From: Marsupella aquatica
Lineage: Eukaryota > Plantae > Marchantiophyta
Direction of reading: 5' to 3'
Assembly: GCA_973895155.1 (NCBI GenBank)
Contig: OZ316891.1
Span: forward strand, 19,803,048 to 19,867,047
DNA length: 64,000 nt
The translations under genes were made by a program, and so were the position numbers. Numbering within the stretch: the stretch's first letter is position 1; each line of letters opens with the position of its first letter. Below, one piece after another: positions 26,001 to 39,129 of this stretch. The notes beneath the pieces were generated by a model. It did not search any database. It saw only the letters and a list, made by a program, of their open reading frames with translations, and was not told the DNA's origin.

Positions 26001-29000
26001 CTTCAAGCCTGCTCGATCACAACACTTTCCTTGACTTCTGTTTCTAACACACACAACGCGCGAGAAGCGAGAAGACGTGATGCTACATAAAAGAGATTCG
26101 AAATTTTTCGCACTTCACCTGTTCAATGGATCCGCCGCACCCTTCAACATTGACTTTGCAACCGGTGGCTCCAGCTTTTCATCTAGCATGAGGATACAAA
26201 TACCTCGATCATCTAGACCACGACGCCCTGCACGACCACTCATCTGAATATACTCTCCACTTGAAAGCCATCGAAATTTATCCCCATCAAACTTGCGTAC
26301 ACTAGTGAAGATCACAGTTTTTGCTGGCATATTCAACCCAATGCTAAACGTCTCTGTTGCAAATAAACACTGGCCAGTACAATCCTATTGTTAGCCACAA
26401 TTTAGTTCTAAAGTTAAGTACAAAATTTGTAATCATTTAAATGATGCAATGAGACGCAGTCTTCCACGGCTGGCAATAGTTCTAGATACATATATTGCCC
26501 GTACTAGCTGGGCAATCTAGATAAGGTCACTCCTTGCTATTATTTACACAGGCTTGATCTCAGACCAGGAAAATCTGCCACCCAAATTGTCCAATGCAAT
26601 CAATCGAATTCCTTATCTCGTTGACGTCATGTCAACCTAGTAGATTCAACGGAAAGCCGACTCCCCAAGAAAGCTCAGAAATAGTCAAAGTAGAGAAGAG
26701 CCAGAAACAGTAAAGATACCTTGATAAGACCTTCTTGAAATAGGATCTCTATAACTTCCTTAAGAATTGGAAGTAACCCAGAGTGATGAACACCGATGCC
26801 TTGCTTTACCCAAGGTAAAAGCTTGGAAACCTTGAAGGAACAGCAAACAATAATCAACTCTCTGGTAACTACTAAGCCTGATCGGACTCCAATGAACCCC
26901 ACCAATCACAACATGTACGTTGGCATGGTGGAAATTCAGCTAACAAAATGACCTTTGTTTTAAACCCGCTTATGTATAGCTCATGAAAAAATTGATGCAA
27001 AGGCAGTGGCGTCTGACGTATAGACCTGGGGAAGCTTCAAGTCATCATCTGAGAGAGTGTCCACAGCACTCCGGAAGATCTGCTCCACTAATTTCTTCTC
27101 GTCATCATTGGTTAAATCCAGCCTCTCCATCTGGAACAACTACGGATTTAGAAGTTTCACAACTCGAACCATTGTGGTCTAGGCTATTTAACACTACCAG
27201 TATTACCAGTTGTTCAAGATTTGTATGTCAAGTACGCTGAAGAATTATGCGAAAAGGTTAGCAGATCTTGAAAGCAACAAATTTCGAAGCCGCTGCTGCC
27301 ACCGTCCAGAATATTCACAATATATTACCTGTACGGCTTGAGCTTCACAGTCCCTCTTGCTGAAACAAAATACAATAACTGGGTCATATTGCCGAAGCAT
27401 TATCATCTTCACTAATTTGAAGATGTCACTTGGCCCAACTTCTTCTTTCCTTTTCCCTGTAACCTTTTGTAACTTCCCATTTTCCTTCTTGGCAGTCCCA
27501 GAAGATGACACAGCATTCACAGCCTTCTGAAAGTTGTCCTCTCTGAAGGTAGTCTTCTCATCCACAACTAAATAAAGACCATCACCCCCCATGGGAAAAA
27601 TATAATGCTGTAAAGGGGTGGGTCGAAAGTCAGTGTACACAATGTGGCACGGCTGATTGTGAACCTGCATCGCAACGAAGTAAGGATTTCAGACTATTAC
27701 ACTGACAGCCGGCTCTGATTCGTTCACGAATTACAAGATACAATAGCAAACTCTCAAAGACAATCCTTCCAGTTGAGTAGTCACACCCTGAACTTCCTAC
27801 ACAAATGGGAAGGCTGACAAGTCACCTTAGCAATCCAGTCAGAGAACTCCTTGGCGTTGGGAACAGTTGCTGATAAGAACACGAAACGGGAATTTTTGGG
27901 CGCCATAGTTATACTCTCCTCCCATACCACCCCACGTTCCCGATCCCGCATATAGTGGACTTCGTCGAAAATGATCCACGCCACCTCCCTCATCACCTCT
28001 GACCCTCGATATTGCATGCTCCGTAAGATCTCCGTTGTCATAACCTGCACATAAACGTTCCAAAATTTCCCAACGTATGATATCAAAATGAGACTACAAG
28101 TCTGCAACTTCGTTTATTTTCCTCTTACTTTGGCGAAGAACGTTGCCAGCAAACCAATCCCTAAAGCATGCTCGCAAAGTTGGTCCCATACTGTAATTGC
28201 AAGTCTCCTGAAATGCAAGAAAATCTCACCAAGCATGAAGCATTTGGGGATATAGTGACATCTCCAGTCATCAATCCCACATCATGAAATTCTTCGGTCA
28301 ATTCACGAAACTTTTGATTGCTCAGGGCTTTAATCGGTGAAGTGTAAACAACTCGCTGCTTATCTCGAATCGCCATTGCTATTGCATACTCTGCAACCAC
28401 TGTTTTCCCGGCAGATGTATGAGCAGACACCTGCCGAAGAGGAATTCCAAAACAAAAACCGCCACCACTTCAGAAGATACGTGAAGAAGAAACTTCATTT
28501 TTGGAAACATCGTATCATTTATAAGTTCAAAATCTGCGGTTACTGCACGAGTCGAACTGTTGGCTAACCTTAAACCCTAAACCTGGCAACTGAAGCTATA
28601 GATGCAGAAGACCCTGACAATAAATCTACGAAATCTGTACGCTGGGGGCGTATGATTTCGAGCTGACCAAACTCAAGTCAGACATCCATTGCGATGTTTG
28701 GAAGTTCATAATCTTCGTTACTCGCCTAACCCTAATTTTGCAAACTGACTTACAGATGCCGAGGAACACCATAAAAGTAATTTGAAGGCAAACAGGCTAG
28801 GGGTACACCCACACGTACAATGTTTCATTGTAATGCTCGCGAACAAGAGCATTCAAGACTATACACACGAAATCTTACCAGCACACTCTCACCGTCCTCC
28901 AGGCATTGAATCGCTTCCCGTTGAAATGGATCCAGTGTAAAAGGATACTCCCTGGCAGGCTTCTTCGGCAGAAGGGGCTCACTGCTCTTCTTCTTTGGCG

Positions 29001-29247
29001 CTTGATACCCCTCTGGAAATGAGACATCGTGCAGACAGGAAATCGGCAGGTCTACATCGTCGCTAATTGCCATCGACAGTTCCGCTGGGGTCGAGAGTTT
29101 GGTCACAGCGTCTGATTCTTCTTCCGCTCCAACCCCATTGACGCCAACAGATGGCGCCGTACTTGCATTCCCACGACTGTGTTTGTGCGGTGAGCTTGGG
29201 GAAATTGCTTCCAGCACCCCGTTCGCTTTTCTCTTCCCTTTCTCCAT
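23014..29247 (-). CDS. MTR4: Exosome-associated DExH-box RNA helicase MTR4 (Ski2-like), 14 exons, ~1030 aa. Exons: 29247-28879, 28430-28230, 28044-27826, 27664-27329, 27130-27026, 26830-26720, 26369-26119, 25786-25663, 25525-25225, 25086-24935, 24789-24643, 24288-24056, 23805-23541, 23292-23014
   Basis: AHTSAGKT (motif I), [28 protein letters not shown] and C-terminal [14 protein letters not shown]. All introns are GT-AG with consistent phases and the exons total 3093 nt. [38 protein letters not shown] and [17 protein letters not shown] match plant MTR4 rather than HEN2. Confidence 0.96.
28572..28580. promoter_or_regulatory. Telo-box (AAACCCTAA) in MTR4 intron 1
   Basis: taaccttaaaccctaaacct. 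Telo-boxes are established elements of plant ribosome-biogenesis genes. A site-II-like TGGGCT (~29439) and GGCCCCAC (~29413) lie upstream of the ATG. Confidence 0.5.
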
Positions 29248-31539
29248 CCTTACTGTTTGTTTCTTCCTCCTCCTCCCATCTAAAACCTCACTTCCAATCG
29301 ATCTTTCGTTCAGTTAAGTCTTAGTTTCGTGTTGGAACAAATGAATAGCAGAACTGCGCGGAAAGAGCAATATCAATCACTGTAAACGGACTAGCTGCCC
29401 ACCTGGCGTCCTGGCCCCACCTTCATTCATTGGGGCGATGGGCTAATGATTAGGTTTGCCTCCTCATTTATTGGGGCCTTGGTTTCCAATGATTACCTTT
29501 AAACCACAATTCAATACCCGGAGTACTCACTCAAGAAACTCCACATTCAGGGGTGCGGACGAGCGACCATCGGTAGCCCTTTGATTGACCTTCACCATAA
29601 TCTGATCCACCTTTGAAACTCAATGATCTACAACTGATTTTGAAGATCTCGCTCAGATGTATGTCCCAGACAAATCTGTAGTAGAAAATGATGCAAAATG
29701 AAAAAGAAAATACTAAAAAAAATAAGGGCTTTTGATTGGTTAGGCAAGTAAATTTGAAATTCAAAAAAATTGGCAAACCGGGCAGGGGACGCCTGGCCTG
29801 ATAAAGTGTTGGGTGCCAAGGAGAAGGCAAGGTGCAGGCAGTGGTTAGAGGAGGGGAAGTGTCAGGAGAATAGAGAATGGATCACGGCTCCATTAGTTCA
29901 TATAGAGTTGAATGATCTCTTATTTCGAAGAAAATCAGGTCCCACTTGAGCGGTGGGAGGACCTTCGAGCTTTGCTTGGACCAGATACCACGCATTCTAT
30001 TGTGGTCACTTGGTTACTAGATCACTCGCGACCTGGGGTTGAGGAATTCCTTGCATGGCGGATAGCGAAGGCCACTTAATTGATGTAGGATGGTGCACCT
30101 CCAGTCGCACCGGAGCACGACAATAGCCAGCTGTCACGCCCATCACGAGAGTACAATTGTCTCTTTTATGGGTCTCATTCATATATGTGTCCATGTGTTA
30201 TTATTTTTTAGGGTTTAGCCAGCAGGTCTCTATCTTCAATTTCACCATAGTCACATATATGAAAACATGTCATTACTAATGAACACCTATAGTTTAGTAG
30301 CCAAACAAGCACATTAGATACACACTTTCATTGGAAACCACATGTGAAGTAAAATACTCCTCCAAAAAATAGAAAAATTATATACCATAAAATTAGGGCA
30401 CACTTTATAAACCTACAATTAGGGCACACATAACATACCTAATATAATACCAAACCATAATATTAGGGTCACAAAAATTAGAGAAATCATTATTAACACA
30501 ATGTCAATTAGGTTACATAATAATCTTTATCTAGAAGATTATAATTCACTTTTCTAGCACACTACCAAAGTAGTAAATTAACGTGCACATTTCTATTCTA
30601 AACTATATTTCTTACATACATATCCCAAATATTATTCTAAACTAAAATTTTATATTGGATCATGTTTAGAGTTTGAATTACCATAGAACAGTGTCATTAT
30701 ACTTCTCAAAATAAAATTTATTATTTTCAATGCTTCTTGTATCATGTATGATTCCAATAATATTATCCAAGACGGTATGAAATTACATGTCTTGGAGGAT
30801 ATTCTCTTAGAGGAAGACATTGTTGAGCAATATGTTTCAAATGCAAAAGATGAAGAATTTTATAGCGATGATGATCCAAATACTCTTGCGACTTTAGGAG
30901 CAAATATCACTGTGGATGAGGGTATAAAGAGATATATCCACCAAATATGAGTCCTCCTATTCCACCACTTTAGTATTCAAGTTATTTTTTTATAATTATA
31001 AATAAAAAGGAAAATATTTTATCACCAAGTTTGTGGGTTTCTTATACCAAGATCCGTCTCATTATCCTTGACTCTCAACCTACAGGATCGACTCCAATCG
31101 ATGACCCTTTGCCTTCTCTAATTCTTAACTCTCAGCCTACAAGACCTCCGAAAATCCAACCAACCTCGTAGATCAACACCTCATCTTCCAACTACAATTG
31201 CATTTTTATTGCAACATGATGACCCTTGAATACTATCTCGATATCATATACATGAATGTTTGAAGACTCCGAGAGTTGGGAGAGTGATTAAGTTACATCA
31301 AGTTTGATCAATTCACATTGGTTATGGGGAGGTTGGTCACAATTAAACTTTTATTATAGGCGAGAATGAGTTTGGGAGGTCTTTTCCTATGATTATCCCC
31401 AGTTGTATCATTCCACCCTTTGTGCAGGCCTCACCTATACCTCCTTGGTTGCTATTGTAGCACATATTGGTTTACGTTTTCCTACTGTAGCCCATTGGCA
31501 AAACTTTTTAAAGTGGTCGTGACCTACTTTGGGGTGTAT

Positions 31540-33100
31540 GGATAGCAGCTGTGAGACAACAATGGAATGAAAATAAAATTCATATATGACAGTAGCCGAA
31601 TGATGACATTGAGTAGAGTCGAGCGACTGACATTGGTAAGTAATTGACCATTATAGATCCTACTTCATTTTTTGGATACTCAAGGATCATGCTCTTCTTA
31701 CCAATTTTTTATATGATCTGCTTCTTATAGTTTGTATATGTTTTGTAATGACAGATCATCGATTAGTAGTATACTTAGATACTCGATGAAATTTTTCTCG
31801 GATCAGTTATCATGGTATCACATGTATCCTCAATGTTGAGGATAATAGGATAATTGAAATGGTTACAATTATCATAAGAGAAGAAAGACATGTTTGACAC
31901 ATGAATGACAAGGATACTCAAAGGACATTGGATAATTTGAGAGAAATAGAGATCTTTATTACTAAGGTTATCCATGACGACAAGACCACTATTGATAACA
32001 CTGTGAAGAACATGAGGATTAGAAACCAAAAAGATTTGTGACATAAGGCCAAAAACCTGATCAAAAAGTTTGTGGAGAAGATGATGAGCATCACTTACAT
32101 TGTGACCATTGACATTGATACAACCGCATTCTATTTTGAATTGGAAGTAATTATTACTAAAAAGTTGTAAGATTGGTTGAAGCTAAGGGTGTGAGAAGCT
32201 ACTCTCCCCTTAGGAAAGGAATACTAGTCCATAAAATTGGTGATATGCATTGGCTATACCTGGAGAACTTATACATATTTTGACACATGACCTCAAGTAC
32301 CAAAAGTTGTCTCAACATAACATTGTCACAAAGCTGAAGACATGATTTCGCGTATGTTGTCGTTAATGTAAAAAAAAGTATGTAACATGTTGGATAATGT
32401 ATAAATTTTGGGCTTTTAAATTTGTAGGCGTAATAATTGTGGGATAAGTTTAGATGTTATTTTACAAAACTAAGTAATTAGAATGTCCATTATATAATAA
32501 GAGAGATGATGCATTTTTGGCCTTTAAATTCGATAATTATGATGATTATTGGACTGACGATCACAAATTATATGAAAGACTATCTGATCGACCATGTCAA
32601 CATCTTGAGAAATCTAGAGAAATCTAGACCTTTACTATGATAATGAAAAATTTGTTTTGATTTATATAATTTTGCTGTGAATTATGATTTACCTAGATAA
32701 ACATGGTTGAATGTTATGCATGATTTAGTATTATTTTTTTGGTACATGTAGGTGACGAGACTCATAAAGTCATGCAAAAGTTCATGAAAATATATATTAT
32801 TTAAAAAGATGATATTTTATACCATGGCCCAGAAGAATTTTATGTTAAAGATTTATCATTTCATCATGGCAAGCATGTGACCAAACACGTTCATTTCTCA
32901 GTCAATCATGAAACCCGTTTATATTGTGTTGCTATGGATTGGAATGAGAATATCAAAAAACATGTCTGGAAAGTATATGATCGAACACTTGTAAACAGTG
33001 CTATACTCATGGTCCTCCTCGACCATGAGTATTGATAGATCGGACAACTAGTTGAAATTACACAACAAGTGAACGCATTTATAGAGTTACATATATAATT
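31540..33100 (+). pseudogene. Degenerate Mutator-like DDE transposase
   Basis: Read through stops from 31778: DTR*NFSRISYHGITCILNVEDNRIIEMV...RTLDNLREIEIFITKVIHDDKTTID...NQKDL*HKAKNLIKKF, later KHVHFSVNHETRLYCVAMDWNEN. This fits the D-R-DS...TD...D-WH-AK...FS...R...A-D-NEN pattern of Mutator-like transposases. Confidence 0.7.
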
Positions 33101-34303
33101 TGACACTCAGATAACACATTGATTAGAAAATATATTTGTCAAGATAAATAATGATAACATAATTATAGTGTATTCATGATAATTTTAAATAGACGTGATT
33201 TTATTGTAGAATAATTTAACGAAATCATTATCGACGTATTTTATCTATGTCAGCATAAATATGGAATGAGACCTGTTTATAAGACCTTAACTATCATATT
33301 TTATGTGAATAAAAATAATTAAGTTTAATTTTTATTGAAAATGTATATTTTGTAATGAGAAATAACATATTTATTTTATGTACCCCCAAGTTTATTTGTT
33401 TTTGTAACATTGTAGAGGTAACTATCCTAGAGGACGATCGAGACCTGACATCCATATTATTTCAGTAATTTTTGTGAGTGTTAACTAGACCTGACCTCCA
33501 TATTATTTTGGACTTTGTTTGTGAGGGTTAACATGTTCAGACTTGATCACTTACATTGTATCATCTTGACTCTTGTGTCAAGTTTTCACAATTTTATAAG
33601 TAAAATAATTTTTCATGTCAAATTTTTGCTTAACTTGTTCTTAAAATTTTATTTGGTTTGAGATTTGCTTTGAACGTTCATGAATAATTTTTTTGATACC
33701 TCGGAAAATAGTTTATGAGTATTATGTTCTATTTCTATCTTTTTGTGATATTCGAATATTTAAGTTTGCCCATTTTTGTGAAGTTTGAGTGTTTAATTTT
33801 GCCTTGCACCTCTTATTTCTTATTGGGGTGTCATATTCTTCATTGTGAATATTTAGGAAATTTTATTGACGAAATATTTATTGAGTAACATAATAATACT
33901 TCCAAATAGAATGGTTGTAGAATGGCTCGATATAGATTTATGTAAGAAACTTCTTATTTTTTTGTTTTTTGAACAAAGAATAATAAGAAAGACATTTTAG
34001 TATTAGCAAAGTATTTAAGGTTTGCAACCCTAAGTAACTAGAAAAGGCTAGTAGAAAATAATGAAAGAAATAAGATATGATATTCCAAAAAGTGTCAAAG
34101 CATAAGTAAGGTCTTTATGATAGGGTATCAAATATTCCGTCCTTAGTTAAAAGAGGCGATTAAATTAGATCGGAAAATGACCTGACACTTAAAGTCTTAG
34201 TTTTGGTTAAAGATTTTTCTCATATGTGCTAGGAGGTTCTTAGAGCACTCATATGAAGTATGATGTTAAGTGGGGTCTCAACCTAGGGTTTCCTTATGTT
34301 TCG

Positions 34304-35536
34304 GTGAAATTCTCGTATTTCTTTCGTTTGAACCATCCTCCTCCTCCTTCTGACTCAGCATTTTTGGCTTCGCAATCAGCTCTCATTCTAGCCAGTGTGA
34401 TCTCTTCTCGAAGCATGTTTTGTGGAGTATGAGGGTCTTCTATTCTCTCTTTGTGTCTTCTCGACTGTCGCAAAGCATCGGATGTGCATGGAATAGACGG
34501 TCTGTGAAAAGTTAAATTAGTCAATTTTTTTTGTTTCTTCGATGCCCCTATTACTATTTTGTTTGCTGCACTTGTGTTTGTAGACATTGTTTGATCCGTT
34601 GTCTTGATTCGTTCCCCAATTTTTGTTCTCTCTCTAGCTCTTACTCTTGAAGAGTGTCTTGCTCTTCTCCTTCCGATTCTTTGGCTCTCATCGTTAGTAT
34701 CTCTTGTACTCTTTCTTTTTTTCATTCCTCGAAACTTGAGCAACTCAACTCCATGATCTATTCTACATTCATGAAAATGGTCGAAAAAATGTTGGTTTTA
34801 TTTAGATCTTAGTAAACCAGGACATAGTCCTATGTCAAAAAGCATCGGGCAGTTTAAACACATTGACTGGTCACAAAACGTCGGAGGTGCCTAAAACTAG
34901 ACTTGTCTCTAAATCAAAAAATCTGGGGAATCCACGTTTCTTTAATGGACAGTGGTGGTCTAATCACAAAAGACCCTGTTAAAATAAGCACCCCTAAAAT
35001 TAGAAGTGAAATCCTTGTACTTCTTTTGTTTGAGCCCTTCTCCTCTTTTTGACTCAGTATTTTTTGGCTTCACAATTAGTTCTCGTTCTAACCAGTATGA
35101 TCTCTTATTGAAACATGTTTTGTGGGGTGTAAGGGTCTTATTCTTTTCTTGTGTCCTCTCGGCTGTTGCAAAACACAAGGCGTGTATGGAGTAGACGACA
35201 TCCGACAAATTGAATTAGTCAATTTGTTCCGTTTCTTCGATGCTCCTATTACTACTTTGTTTGTCATACTTATGTTTGTGGACATTGTTTAATCCATTGT
35301 CTCGATTTGTCCCTCAATTCTTGTTCTCTCTTTGACTCTTGCTTTTGAAAAGTGTCTTGCTCATCTCCTTCCGATTCTTGGGCTCTCATCATCAATATCT
35401 TTTGTATTTTTTCCTTTTTTCATTTCTCAAAATTTGAGCAGCTCAACTCCATGATCTATTCTATATTCAAAAAAATGGTCAAAAAATGTTGGTTTTGTTT
35501 AGATCTCAGTAAACCAATGCATAATCCTATGTCTAG
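34304..35536. repeat. Diverged direct repeat pair of ~530 bp (34304-34838 and 35006-35536)
   Basis: Collinear: gtgaaat...gactcag.attt..ggctt...catgttttgtgg...ctcaactccatgatctattcta...agatct.agtaaacca. Confidence 0.85.
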
Positions 35537-35599
35537 AAAATTTGTGAATCTATTCAGAAGTTCTTTTAGCCTTATGGGTTAATTATGGCGGGGGGTACA

Positions 35600-36700
35600 A
35601 TATGGTCCGGTGAATTATATTCTTTCCAAAATAACAAAAGTCAACTAAATATAAAAATGCTTCGACGAGGCTACCACAAGGCAGGAATGAGTCAAGCACA
35701 ATAGCGGTTGCAAGATGATTGAATAGACCAGACAATCACAAGGTGAAGAAGCTTGAGTGGGAATGAGTTAGAAGGACTTTGATGATTGAACGTTGGTTGT
35801 AGAGTGAATTTGGTAGTTCGTAAGACTTTGGTAGCTAGTAGGACTTTGGTAGTTAAGAACACCTTGGTCTTTGTAAGGCTAATTTGGCCCTTGGTCTTTG
35901 GTGGGCTATCTTGGACCATGGTCCTTTGATTTGGGGGAGGTGTAGTTGGACCCCAGGTTGAGTTTGGTCTGGTGTGGAAGGAGAATAGTATAAAAGGAGA
36001 AAGTTTTTCTTTGTTAGGGACCGGAAGTCTCATCTCTTAAGTGGAATCTCTACCTTGCCAAGTAAGGCTAAGCTTGAGAATTGAGAGGTGATCGATATTT
36101 AGTGTGGAGAATGTGTAATAAACTTTTGTTATAAATATTGAGTATGTAATGAAAAGAGTCTTCCCAATTTTCTTTGTGATCATTAAGTGTGAAAAAATTT
36201 AAAGTGTATGAGGACAAGAAAAGAGTTCATGTTTTGGTATAATTATGATCTAAACTTGAAGAACCAATGTCAAGGAGGCAAGGTTAAAGTGGAGCACTAC
36301 TTTGAGACTTAGAAAAGATTGTATCTTGAGGATGGAAAGTACCTTGCTTTGAGTGAAAACAAGAGAGAATAGTCCTTAGGGAGAAGAGGTGTCTCTAAGA
36401 GCTCGAAGGGGATATGTGGGTCCAAACCAAGATCGAGGGGGCCAAAATAAAAGGATAAATTATTTTGAGGATCTAAGGGGGACTTGATCTTGAAAGAAAA
36501 AGTACTTTGGGTTCTTGGGTGTTTTGCGAGGGCCTATTCTAAGGTGACAGCTTGGAGTGGATATCCCCTTTGTTAATCCTTAAAGTAGAGGAGAGAGAAA
36601 GGATATCAATGCAAAGTAGTCAAGGGGATTATCTCTCTAAAAGTGGAGAGCTGAAATTACTTATGTATGGTGTGATTAGACATTGCAAGCACATTTCAAA
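35600..36700 (+). mobile_element. Probable LTR-derived sequence
   Basis: TATAAAAGG at ~35989 followed by GA-rich and GT-rich non-coding sequence typical of plant LTRs; termini not determined. Confidence 0.3.
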
Positions 36701-37539
36701 AGTTTGTCAATCCTTTATGACCCTGATATGATATGGAACAGGTATTAGGTAATTTTTTTGGAAGATAAACTCCTTGACAAGTGTTTGACAATTTTAAGAC
36801 GTCTTAAATAGTGAAAATTAAAAATTTATGGTAGTAAATAAGTTTTTCTCTTGATCCAAAGTGGATAAATACTTAGTATTAATTTGATGAAGACTTATTC
36901 AATTATTTATGAATTTTGGGGTTTGAAAAATATTTTCCTAAAATAGTGACACCATTTTAGAAATAATGAACATGACTTATCCAATCATTTGCTTCAAGAA
37001 ATAATGAACATGACTTATCCAAATATTATTGGAGTATTATATATTTATAAAAATTGTAAAACTATAATCAAATATAAAATATATTTGACAAATTCATAAA
37101 ACATGATAAAGAATGAGTTAAATATATATTATCAAAATAAAATATTCGTAATAATCAAATTAAATTAAATTTGAGTTCACATCATTATTATTAAAAGTTT
37201 TAGAGACCATTGTCTAAAATGGTAGGTCACCATCCAAAGTTAATGATTTAAACTAAATAATGAGGTGAGTTATGCAATAGAAATATGTGAGATAATATAT
37301 GCCATGAAAAAATACGTGATATTTTTATTTGACTTCACCAGGTCTTCAAGGGGATATCGCTTTATGTATAAAATTGATCTCAACTCAATTATAATTATCC
37401 ATATTCAGATTTTAGTACCAAAATACTATAAATTTTAATGTTTGTCATTAAATTTATGAATATTCAAACCCTGATAAGATGAGGATAAAAAGCTAAGAAG
37501 AAATAAGGCTTTATCTTTTCAACGTCCATATTGAGATTA

Positions 37540-37941
37540 GACAAATTAACAACTAGGTTGTTGAATTCATCCAAGTGATCTTGAAACTTGTTCCTCTCTT
37601 TGAGCCTAAGACTCATCAAGAAAGATTTCTTGTACATGCATTCTCGATAGTATTTTCCTTAGGACTTTGAACAGAGATACACAATCCGCATAGTCATCTT
37701 ACTTCTTGATGATATGCGACTTCACATAAAGCATCATTGCATTCATTGCAATCACTTGTTCTTGCTTCCACCTTTTTAGTGGAATCTCCTCCTCATTATC
37801 GTACATCTCTCGAGTAGAGAGAAGATAATCTAGGTCCATAGCATGAATAACTTATTTCACTTGCTTCTCCCAGAGCAAGTAGTCCGTACACCCATCATAT
37901 TTTTCCACCTCAAACTTGACACCTCCGAATCTGGATGCCAT
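37540..37941 (-). pseudogene. Ty1/Copia gag N-terminal remnant (Tork/Tnt1-like)
   Basis: MASRFGGVKFEVEKYDGCTDYLLWEKQVK*VIHAMDL..., with stops; later a frameshifted segment reading QDHLDEFNNLV. Confidence 0.8.
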
Positions 37942-39129
37942 CTCTTTTCCTTTTATAACCCCTCTACTCGTTGCATCGGTGATCGTATTGCTGTCACGTG
38001 CGCTTTTTTCTGCTCCTCTCTTCACCTTAAATTGTCGTGGTGATCATCGTGCTTCAAGCTCCAACTCTTCAAAAATCTCATAAGAAAAAATGACATTTTT
38101 CTCAACTTCTCGTAAAATTTAGAACTTATCACCATCGCGTAGCCCACAGCCTAGCTCTCCAACGTTGAAAATCAAAATTAAAACCAAACTCCGACATAAA
38201 ACTTATTTATTTTTTAGTTGGGATGGATAAAACTTGCAATTCTCTCTCGTTTTGACCACCTCGGGGAATAACAAAATGTGAACTAGTACTCGATGTTGGA
38301 AATGTAATTTAATTTATGCACCGCGCTGCCAACTTTGATGGCTAGCAACTCGCCAAAGATGAACAAAAAAAGTTACTTTTTGGTAGACGAAATCTTTGAT
38401 GGATGAACAAAAAATAGCTCTTTGGTTTTGGAGAATATTCTACAACCCTTGTAAGACCCGATGAGGATTTTGGAAGAGCAATCGAGAGGCTGACACGTGT
38501 TCTCAAACCCCCAAAATCCCTTACCATCATTTATCATCAAAATTTGGTCGTACGCGTAGAAAATACACACGACAGAATATATCCCCCTACACCATCTGCA
38601 AGATATCTCACTTGGATGTTGACAAAATCAAGATCTGATTTCAGATTTGGAAACTAGACTTCGAGGCGGGAAAGATTGATATAAGAAACGCCCAAACCGA
38701 GGAAGTAATGAGGGAGAAAAAAATTGGACAAGATGACAAATTTCTCTCAATCGCCATAGTCAATTTTAAAATCAACTTTTCACTGAGGAAAATGATACCT
38801 TCGTGAATAGGAATGTTGAAGAGTTGCACACGTTGCCTTTAACATTTCCAGTAGGGAAAATTCACTATGTTTTCCTCTCATTGCGCCAAGTGTCAATCAT
38901 GAACTCAAAATGATCATCTCACCACGATGTCTTCATTGAACCATAACACTTTGCGATTGTTCACCCAAGCCGCATGTGACATCAATCAAAAAAATTTAGG
39001 TAACACCTCACGCATAGCTTGTCAAAAAACTCAAAACATCTCTTCTTTTTGTCCCGTCTCACTCGGTTCATAAGTATGAGCAAAGCTGGTACCAAAACAT
39101 TTTATTTGTTCTGATCCACAAGCTAAGCC

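Noticed and set aside
23014-29247. Alternative assignment of the helicase as HEN2 or SKI2
   Set aside because: Diagnostic segments ([39 protein letters not shown]) and the ~1030-aa length fit plant MTR4.
23042-29317. Plus-strand ORFs overlapping MTR4
   Set aside because: Antisense shadows of the helicase exons.
29900-30160. GTCCCACTTG resembling a plant snRNA USE element, followed by GC-rich sequence
   Set aside because: No properly spaced TATA and no resemblance to U1-U6, U3, SRP or MRP RNAs; reads better as a short coding-like remnant.
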